Shown one piece after another: positions 57,061 through 64,000 of a DNA stretch of 64,000 bases. The position numbers were made by a program, and so were the translations under genes. The notes beneath the pieces are model-generated. The model was not told where the DNA came from. It searched no databases and saw nothing but the letters and a program-made list of their open reading frames with translations. Position 1 is the stretch's first letter; every line of letters starts with the position of its first letter. The DNA comes from Candidatus Thorarchaeota archaeon (GTDB taxonomy: Archaea > Asgardarchaeota > Thorarchaeia > Thorarchaeales > Thorarchaeaceae), in the NCBI GenBank assembly GCA_963726195.1, contig CAVSBO010000008.1, positions 96,001 to 160,000 on the forward strand, read 5' to 3'.

Positions 57061-57807
57061 GTGACTCACCTCTGCGGTCAAGCTGGAGAACTGCACTCAG
57101 TGAGGACATCCGACGCGCTACTGCTGCTGAGCATGGCATTAATCGCAGCCTACGGAATTGTCACGATATTCATTCCTGAGTCCACAGGATTGTTACTCTT
57201 GGTCTACGACTGGTTGCTGCAGATATCCATCGCCTTGGGATATCCCGGCGATTTCTTTGTCCCTTTGGTCGGCAATGCCATCATCATCGTACCCTTCCCT
57301 TACGAGGGTATTCCATTCATTTTGGGGGGCATAAGAAACTCTGTCACATACGACTTCGTCTTCGACCCGACACTCGTAGGTCTGATTGCTGGCGCCGGCG
57401 CGGCAATCGGAGAGATGGTATGCTATCTTGTTGGTCGGCTTGGTGGCAGACTGGTTGCTGAGAACCAAACGAGTGGTTTCTCAGCCTTTGTGAAACGTCA
57501 TTCCATAGCCGCTCCATTAGCAGTCTTTATCGTGGCCGCGACACCTATTCCGGATGATGCGGTAATAATACCACTCGGGGCGGTCAAGTATCCGTGGTGG
57601 AAGGTTGTGCCACCCCTACTTGCGGGCAAGACTGTGGAGTTGACTGCAATTGCTTGGGCAGGCCGCCTGAGTCTCGATTGGATAGCGCGCTGGTTGGGGG
57701 CAATAGAGTCTGCAGGAATACCCGGAACGATGACAGAGGTGGCCGCAATGACTCTGGTGGTGCTTTGCCTTTATCTCGTAGCGCGGATCGACTGGACTCG
57801 ATTCTAG
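57061..57807 (+). CDS. DedA/VTT (YqaA-like) membrane protein
   Basis: GAAIGE...Y..G, AATPIPDD, GK. Confidence 0.8.
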   Translation: MTHLCGQAGELHSVRTSDALLLLSMALIAAYGIVTIFIPESTGLLLLVYDWLLQISIALGYPGDFFVPLVGNAIIIVPFPYEGIPFILGGIRNSVTYDFVFDPTLVGLIAGAGAAIGEMVCYLVGRLGGRLVAENQTSGFSAFVKRHSIAAPLAVFIVAATPIPDDAVIIPLGAVKYPWWKVVPPLLAGKTVELTAIAWAGRLSLDWIARWLGAIESAGIPGTMTEVAAMTLVVLCLYLVARIDWTRF

Positions 57808-57949
57808 ACAGGCTCCTACGTGATTCTTCATTTTCTCTCCGGCGGGGCAAACAGAGAACAAGAAGGGTTCTGCTCTAAAGGTCAATCCAGAATGATTCTC
57901 AGAAGAAAAATAAGGAACGGAATCAATGCTTTTTTCCCCGGGTTGAACT

Positions 57950-59659
57950 ATGAAAGCACTACAACTTATCAGGTCCAGTAGAAAAGCAAAGGCACTGCTT
58001 GTCAATGTCATTATTCTAATACTTGGCGTCGTTTCGGTTTTCTCTTTGACATACTATGCGGATGCTGAACATCCCTATACAATCGTGCATCATACACTTG
58101 AGTCCGGTGATGGGACTCTCATCCAAGGACTAGTATACACGCCGGTTGACACTTCGGGAAAATGTCCGGGTGTTGTAGTTGGACATGGGTTCTGTGAAAA
58201 CAAGGAATACATGCAACCATTGTCAATCGAGCTTGTAAAACGAGGCCTCGTGGTTGTAAACATTGACTTTCGTGGTCATGGATCTTCGGAAGGTTATCTG
58301 AGTGATTTTGAACGAAGCAATGGACTTGTCCTAGATATGCTGGCAGGAGTGAGATACCTAGAAGACCTGGGATTTGTAGATAGAATCGGACTAGCAGGGC
58401 ACTCAATGGGTGGCGGCACTTCGATGCTCACTGCACTGCAAAATCCGACGAAGATTAATGCAACGGTTGCTATTGGAGCACTTTCAACGTTCTCTTCAAG
58501 TGGAAATATCTCTAAAGTGCCAAACCTTCTTGCTGTATTTGCTTCGCATGACCAAGGGATAACTCGGGATGAAGGGCTAAGTTTCCTGAGGTCATACACA
58601 GGACGTGAAGATGTTGAGATTGGTACCCTGTATGGGAATTTCGCAGCTGGGAATGCGACAAAGGTTTCTATAAGCCCATACTCCGAGCATCTCATGGAGC
58701 CAATTGATTCTTCGATTATTTATGAAGCAGTTCAATGGTTTGAGTACGCTTTCAATGGAGCACCAGGAACAGATGTCCGGATAACTGCACAATACCTCAT
58801 CGTATCGCTCGTCGTCTCACTCACTGGATTGCTTCTAGTTCTGTTCACATTCGTATCATACTTAGGAAGTTACATCTTCAAAGGAAGACAGGTACATCCT
58901 CGAGCATTGGACGAAAGTGGAAAATTCCCGCTCAGGCCCATCTTGGGATACTTGCTTGCAGCATTCATGGCCTTTGTTCTCTTGATCCCAGTCTCTGCCT
59001 TCTTCATGGATGTCGCGCCTATTACTATGTTCAACTCTGTCTTTGCGGGTCAGGCCGTCGGACTTGCCTTTGGAATTGTAGTGGTATCAATCCTTCTCTC
59101 ATACAAAGGTGGTAAATTACAACTGCAGAGGATACTAACAAGAAGTAAGGAGATGACGTCGACTTCACCCTACTTATCATTGGTGTATGGAGTCATCACT
59201 GGAATAGTGAGCATAAGTGCATTAATAGCTGTATTTGACTGGAGTATCGTAGCCTCGATGCCAACCACAAGAGAAGTCGGAGTCATCTTCTCACTCGTAT
59301 TTCTGCTGTTCCCATTTTTCTTCCTGAAGGAGTTCTATCTACGTGGTTTCATTCAAGAACGCTTGAAATATGCCAGTAGAATCAGAGAGTACTTCACAAT
59401 GCTGGTCACTGCGATAGTTATTGATACCCTAGTATTCATTCCTGTCATGATGATTGGCTGGCAATCAGTATCTCTCTCCTTCGTTGCTCTGGCTCTGACA
59501 GCTGTGACTCTGTTCATAATATTCCAACAGGTACTAACCACATGGGTCTACATGAATTCAGGTCGGAATATCCTTGGATCGACTGTCTTCTACTGCATCC
59601 TTTTCGCGTGGATGATAATTTGCTTCTATCCATTTGGTCAACCAATGATGCTTCTGTAG
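57950..59659 (+). CDS. Alpha/beta hydrolase with C-terminal multi-TM domain
   Basis: GHGF, DFRGHGSS, GHSMGG; about 8 TM helices. Confidence 0.85.
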   Translation: MKALQLIRSSRKAKALLVNVIILILGVVSVFSLTYYADAEHPYTIVHHTLESGDGTLIQGLVYTPVDTSGKCPGVVVGHGFCENKEYMQPLSIELVKRGLVVVNIDFRGHGSSEGYLSDFERSNGLVLDMLAGVRYLEDLGFVDRIGLAGHSMGGGTSMLTALQNPTKINATVAIGALSTFSSSGNISKVPNLLAVFASHDQGITRDEGLSFLRSYTGREDVEIGTLYGNFAAGNATKVSISPYSEHLMEPIDSSIIYEAVQWFEYAFNGAPGTDVRITAQYLIVSLVVSLTGLLLVLFTFVSYLGSYIFKGRQVHPRALDESGKFPLRPILGYLLAAFMAFVLLIPVSAFFMDVAPITMFNSVFAGQAVGLAFGIVVVSILLSYKGGKLQLQRILTRSKEMTSTSPYLSLVYGVITGIVSISALIAVFDWSIVASMPTTREVGVIFSLVFLLFPFFFLKEFYLRGFIQERLKYASRIREYFTMLVTAIVIDTLVFIPVMMIGWQSVSLSFVALALTAVTLFIIFQQVLTTWVYMNSGRNILGSTVFYCILFAWMIICFYPFGQPMMLL

Positions 59660-59784
59660 ACGGATGTGTTCGTATACAAATCACAGGAGTCCCGAGATCG
59701 CGGGCTCTCATATGGAGCGATAACTCGGTTGCTATACAAGCGATTCGGAAGATCCTGGGATATCAGCTCAGTGGAGCATTCCAA

Positions 59785-60870
59785 TCATACGGATTTCACG
59801 CCTTTGCGGCCCTTCGCCGCGGAGATCCTCTTGATCCGCGTGTCCAGAACGGGGTGATCGAGCAAGAATTCGACTCTCTTACTAATGCTGCCGTGTACTA
59901 GACTGTTCTCCGCCAGCTTGACCAATGCCGAGGCCATAGCATCAGGGCTCACGAGAATCGAGGCATACATATCAGCATCTGTTTCCCACCGCCTCGAAAT
60001 CCAAGGCAATATGAGCACCGGAAAACCGATGACAACGAAAGCCAACGATATCAGTGATAGGATTTGGATGCCTTCCGAAAGGAGGCCAGCAGCATTCAAA
60101 ACCGTGAGAAGAGCAACCACATTTATGGCGACTAACGCTGGTACGAAGAAGGCTAGTACCTTCTTGACATAGTGTCGTCCCGCGACATGTCCCAGCTCGT
60201 GGGCCACGACGGCTGCTGTCTCTTCCTCGCTCAGAATCTTCTCAAGGTAGCTTGAAAGTGCAATGACGGAGTTTCTTCCGCCTCCAAACTGGAATGCGTT
60301 CGCCACCTTGAGGCGGCTAAGTTCCAAGTATCCAACCATACTCACATTGATGTTCGATTTCGCTATTGCATCCCAGATGAGAGGATGTTCGTCACGGCTA
60401 AGCGGTCTGAGCTTCTTTTGTAGTCCTTGGCTTCTCATTGGGATGAATATCGATGCTGCCATTAGGGAAATCAGAATCCCGTCCATACTGATGTAGAAAA
60501 CAATGGAATCCTGAGGGAAGACTGGCCTAAGCACTGTCAGAATTATCACAGTGGCAAAGATGATGTCATAGAATACGGGCTCAATAACGTTGAACCGAAA
60601 GTACTCTCCAAAGCTCGCCTCGATATGTCTATGTCTTGCTTCTAGTCGATACTTCGCGCGCATGATGGTGAGCTGCACGAGCGTGACGGTGAACAACGCG
60701 ACCAAGGCATAAACGGGCTGCCAGGTGGACAGGTAGCCCAATGTAAGTGGAATCAGGATGGCCCCCGAGAGCATCGACAGTCCCGACAAGATTACGAACC
60801 GACTTCCAAGCCCGCGTGAATCGGTTCCGGTTTCGTCACCCATTGTCTTCCACCCATTCCTAGCTTTCAT
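59785..60870 (-). CDS. M48 family (HtpX/Ste24-like) zinc metalloprotease
   Basis: NAF, AHELGH, SRRWETDAD, HP...RI. Confidence 0.9.
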   Translation of the reverse strand: MKARNGWKTMGDETGTDSRGLGSRFVILSGLSMLSGAILIPLTLGYLSTWQPVYALVALFTVTLVQLTIMRAKYRLEARHRHIEASFGEYFRFNVIEPVFYDIIFATVIILTVLRPVFPQDSIVFYISMDGILISLMAASIFIPMRSQGLQKKLRPLSRDEHPLIWDAIAKSNINVSMVGYLELSRLKVANAFQFGGGRNSVIALSSYLEKILSEEETAAVVAHELGHVAGRHYVKKVLAFFVPALVAINVVALLTVLNAAGLLSEGIQILSLISLAFVVIGFPVLILPWISRRWETDADMYASILVSPDAMASALVKLAENSLVHGSISKRVEFLLDHPVLDTRIKRISAAKGRKGVKSV

Positions 60871-60979
60871 AGGAAGCGAAGTCTAACCCCCATCTCTGCC
60901 CTGTGCCACTATCATAGCACTTGCAAAGTGGGTTCCAATTCCTGCCGCAGCTTCCAGTCGGGTATGCGCCTTTCTCATG

Positions 60980-62266
60980 TCAGCTGTCTTGGCCGCTCGC
61001 TAGTTCACCCATCTTACTCTCCCATTCGCGTGCTTGGCGTACCTTTACGTTCCTGTAAATCTGCCAGCCAAGGTACCCAATAACGGCAAACGAAGTGACC
61101 GCCGCAATCTCACCCACATTGGCGGTTGCACTCCCGAAAGGCTCTCCCTGCTCGACATGAACAATGACCGAATCGGATGCTGGCCTGCTAAACAGATCAT
61201 ACACGACCAAAGTCACATTGTAGATGCCGGTGCTCAGCCCATCTAGGTCATAGGTGATAGAACCACCGGTCCACTTCCCGTTCTCATTGACTGCGCCATT
61301 CATGTATATCTCATATACACTAGGGGCCGTGGACTGAGGCGTCCAGACGATCTGATGAGCTCCAGATCCCGCTGTAAACGACACATCACTCGGAGAGTCG
61401 ATTGTAGGAGCTGTTGTCTCAGAGGCTACTATTCTGTATGCCAGCCTTAGATCATGAAATCTGAGTGTCTCGCAAAGGGGGTCAGTGCCATATCCACTGA
61501 ACTGGATTGAAATGTACTTGACGAGGCGGCTTCCCTCTGGTTGCTCGGAGAGAAGATAGTCTTCGCCGCTAGGACATGTCATCCAAAGTCCGGATGGATA
61601 GAGGACAAGTCGGAGTGTGTCATGAAAAGGCATGGCATATGAGCTCTGATCAGTTTCGGTCGTTGTACCGTTGCTGTACCTGTAGACCGAGTTGACACAG
61701 ACCCCGCTTGTATCTGTCCAAGGATCGGCAACCTGTATCACTGCAATAGTTGCACCGTCGGCCGCGTGTAGGCCGAGCCTAATCCAGCCCCGTCTATCAG
61801 CCGCGCTTGCATTCATTTCGAACTCAGCAAAAAGCTGTTCGAAGTCGTGAAGCTCGAATGGTTGCTCAAGCGTACAATAGTACAGAGGTCCGTGATTGCC
61901 TGTACCAGTTCCAACATCATCAGAGTAGAAATAGGTCCCAGAGCAATTGATTGAACCGAAAGTCACATTGACTGATGAATCATGCGTCCAAGTGTTGTTT
62001 CCTCGGCCGTCGAATGCAGTCAAGTTCGAGCAGTCGTGATGCCAAGTGAACCTAATGACTGGGGTATCGACATCCGCGACATTCACAGTGTCTCTGGCAG
62101 CATTGCCAGCGGAATCTTTGACCACAATGATATGGTTGTGTATGCCAGCTGTATCGAGTCCTTCGGCCATTGGCTTCGGCAAGTTGTATGACGCGAAGAG
62201 AATGCTCAACGTCAGAAGGCAGAAGACTGACAATGCTACCAGCCTCTGCCTGCTGCGATGAAGCAT
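60980..62266 (-). CDS. Secreted/surface protein with Ig-like repeat and C-terminal TM helix
   Basis: Signal anchor; APTIDSPSD..W..Y..NG..G.W.G..I...DGL..G.YN.TL.V.D repeat. Confidence 0.7.
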   Translation of the reverse strand: MLHRSRQRLVALSVFCLLTLSILFASYNLPKPMAEGLDTAGIHNHIIVVKDSAGNAARDTVNVADVDTPVIRFTWHHDCSNLTAFDGRGNNTWTHDSSVNVTFGSINCSGTYFYSDDVGTGTGNHGPLYYCTLEQPFELHDFEQLFAEFEMNASAADRRGWIRLGLHAADGATIAVIQVADPWTDTSGVCVNSVYRYSNGTTTETDQSSYAMPFHDTLRLVLYPSGLWMTCPSGEDYLLSEQPEGSRLVKYISIQFSGYGTDPLCETLRFHDLRLAYRIVASETTAPTIDSPSDVSFTAGSGAHQIVWTPQSTAPSVYEIYMNGAVNENGKWTGGSITYDLDGLSTGIYNVTLVVYDLFSRPASDSVIVHVEQGEPFGSATANVGEIAAVTSFAVIGYLGWQIYRNVKVRQAREWESKMGELASGQDS

Positions 62267-62435
62267 TCGGTCTTCTATGATAGATGCGCCTCCATAGCCC
62301 AGTACAGCAAATCAAGTACAAGGAGCAAAGATCGTATTTACGCGTTATGTCCGCTGAACCTGTGAGATAGGGGTTCGCAATAGCAATCGATCCGAATCTG
62401 GCATAGGTACCACACATACTAGGTAGGGGACTCAT

Positions 62436-62666
62436 AGAGAAACGCGGCGAGGAGTCCCCCAAATTCAGTCTGGGGAGGAATCGCCGCCGCGGGGGACTTA
62501 TGAGTTTAAATGTGACCCTGAAAAGTGAAGGATTGTATCCGACCGTGGCAATGCTGTGGTCGGGAGGGCGAAAGTCAACCGCCCGAATGTCGCACGAAAT
62601 GACGAGGTAGAGTTCCTACCGCGGATCGCAGTGGCAAGCCTACGACTTTAGTCGCGGGTAGTTGAC
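62436..62666 (+). mobile_element. Non-autonomous IS200/IS605 miniature element, copy 3
   Basis: Follows CTCAT; ends GTTGAC; overlaps the 3' end of the GNAT gene. Confidence 0.85.
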
Positions 62667-63145
62667 CTATGTTTCAGTCTGAACGCGTAGACAATCTGGT
62701 CGTTGTGCCAGCTTAGGTAGTGTGAGACGCGACCTCCCACCTCAAACCCGCACGACTCGTAGAACCGCTGCGCATAGTCCATGAAGTCCCCCGTGTCCAC
62801 GCGTAGCACATCTGCACTGCGGTGTTCAGCACCCAGCCTCTTGATGTGCTCGACCAGCTCCCTGCCAATTCCTTTCCGCAGGTAGTCGTGATGAACCACT
62901 ATCGACTCTATGACCAGTGCTCTCCACCCATATTGGACTGCCGCGAATCCGACCACATCATGGCTAGCAGGGTCCTCTGCCACGAGCACTGTACCGAACT
63001 CCGGGTTCTGAGCGAAGAGGCCGATTCTCAGTTTCTCATGCGATAAGAACTGGGGACCGAAGTTCTCAGCGTTCAGAATGATGTCTTGCAGAACAGGCCA
63101 GTCCTCAGGTCTGTAGTTTCTGATGATTGCCGCCATTTGGGTCAT
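62648..63145 (-). CDS. GNAT acetyltransferase (last codons and stop supplied by the mini-element)
   Basis: VHHDYLRKGIGREL, AQRFYESCGF. Confidence 0.9.
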   Translation of the reverse strand: MTQMAAIIRNYRPEDWPVLQDIILNAENFGPQFLSHEKLRIGLFAQNPEFGTVLVAEDPASHDVVGFAAVQYGWRALVIESIVVHHDYLRKGIGRELVEHIKRLGAEHRSADVLRVDTGDFMDYAQRFYESCGFEVGGRVSHYLSWHNDQIVYAFRLKHRSTTRD

Positions 63146-63290
63146 CTCCGGGGACTTGCTCGCACCAAGAAAAGGAGAGCGGACGAGCTCCTCTCAGCTC
63201 TGGAATCTGACTAGGTCCGTTTCTCCCGTTGATAGTGCAGGAACTCAGGACCGAGTTGCGCTCCGTGCGTGACCAACTATCAATCCATCG

Positions 63291-64000
63291 TCACACCACA
63301 GGACGGACAAAACGCGCTCCTAGTGTGTTCATCTGAAAATGCTGAATAACGGGGCCATGCTTTCGTCTGCTTCGTGCTCTTCTGACTACGAGAACAAGGA
63401 CGCCTGCGGCCGGAAAGGCAGCAATAACCAAAATGACTTGGAAGGGCGAAACAGTCCCCGGGAATGCCATTGGATATCTGTCAATACTGCCTGCTTCTCC
63501 CGGAATCGCATAGACACCAATTCCAAAGTAGCTGGCCCAGTAGTTGCCTGCATTCGCTGAATTGTCCCATGTATTATTCCCGCCTCTGTCACGAGCGTCT
63601 CCTGCGGTATTCCATCCGATTCTGTTTCCATAGAAAGTGTTGGAGATCCCCTCGACGTCTATTCCGTAGCTCGCGCCATGAATGACGGTATTGTTCGCTA
63701 TCAGGCAAGAGTTACCGTACATATAGATTCCAGGGCTTCCGCTGCCCGAAATGTCATTGTTGGCAATCACGCAGAGGTCCATCCTGCTGAGCATGAGTCC
63801 ACGGCCCCTGCTTTGAGTTACGACATTTGTCACAATCTGACTGTGCGAGCATTCATCCATTGCGATTCCGTTCTGACCGCTCAGGTCAATCGTGTTGCTG
63901 GAGACAAGTAAGTGGGATGTGCCCCAAAGCTCAATTCCGTCCCCCCCACAGCCCGTAATCAAACACGAATCTATCACGCAGTCAGAAGAACCCGTCATCC
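63291..64000 (-). CDS. Right-handed beta-helix (NosD-like) surface protein, 5'-truncated by window edge
   Basis: Repeated GI.L...NN motifs, N.WD....GNYW, D.YP, C-terminal TM helix. Confidence 0.8.
   Translation of the reverse strand, partial: MTGSSDCVIDSCLITGCGGDGIELWGTSHLLVSSNTIDLSGQNGIAMDECSHSQIVTNVVTQSRGRGLMLSRMDLCVIANNDISGSGSPGIYMYGNSCLIANNTVIHGASYGIDVEGISNTFYGNRIGWNTAGDARDRGGNNTWDNSANAGNYWASYFGIGVYAIPGEAGSIDRYPMAFPGTVSPFQVILVIAAFPAAGVLVLVVRRARSRRKHGPVIQHFQMNTLGARFVRPVV

Overview
Archaeal chromosomal segment. Asgard/Thorarchaeota-like is my inference, from the LRR protein, Ig-like surface repeats, TrpB2, two tungsten AORs and TATA-box promoters. It is mostly accessory metabolic and membrane genes. 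Many single-base frameshifts and a 1.6-kb poly-T/poly-C tract suggest an unpolished long-read assembly. Main discoveries: (1) A ~7.6-kb element (10587-18221) splits an SDR oxidoreductase gene at a GG dinucleotide without target duplication. It has IS607-like tandem 10-bp subterminal repeats and no recognisable transposase. It carries an enlarged (~680 aa) TnpB/Cas12-like RuvC nuclease with an intact catalytic triad, divergent from a giant (~1,700 aa, frameshifted) PD-(D/E)XK nuclease/ATPase-like ORF. (2) Three ~230-bp non-coding IS200/IS605 miniature elements each sit 3' of a YTCAT motif and keep a TATA-like box plus an apparently complete omegaRNA-like scaffold. (3) trpB2 is preceded by a highly structured leader with a Trp-containing 20-aa uORF and a 4x TGTACA-like operator array. 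(4) A two-gene M+S restriction-modification locus is partly hidden by the homopolymer artefact.
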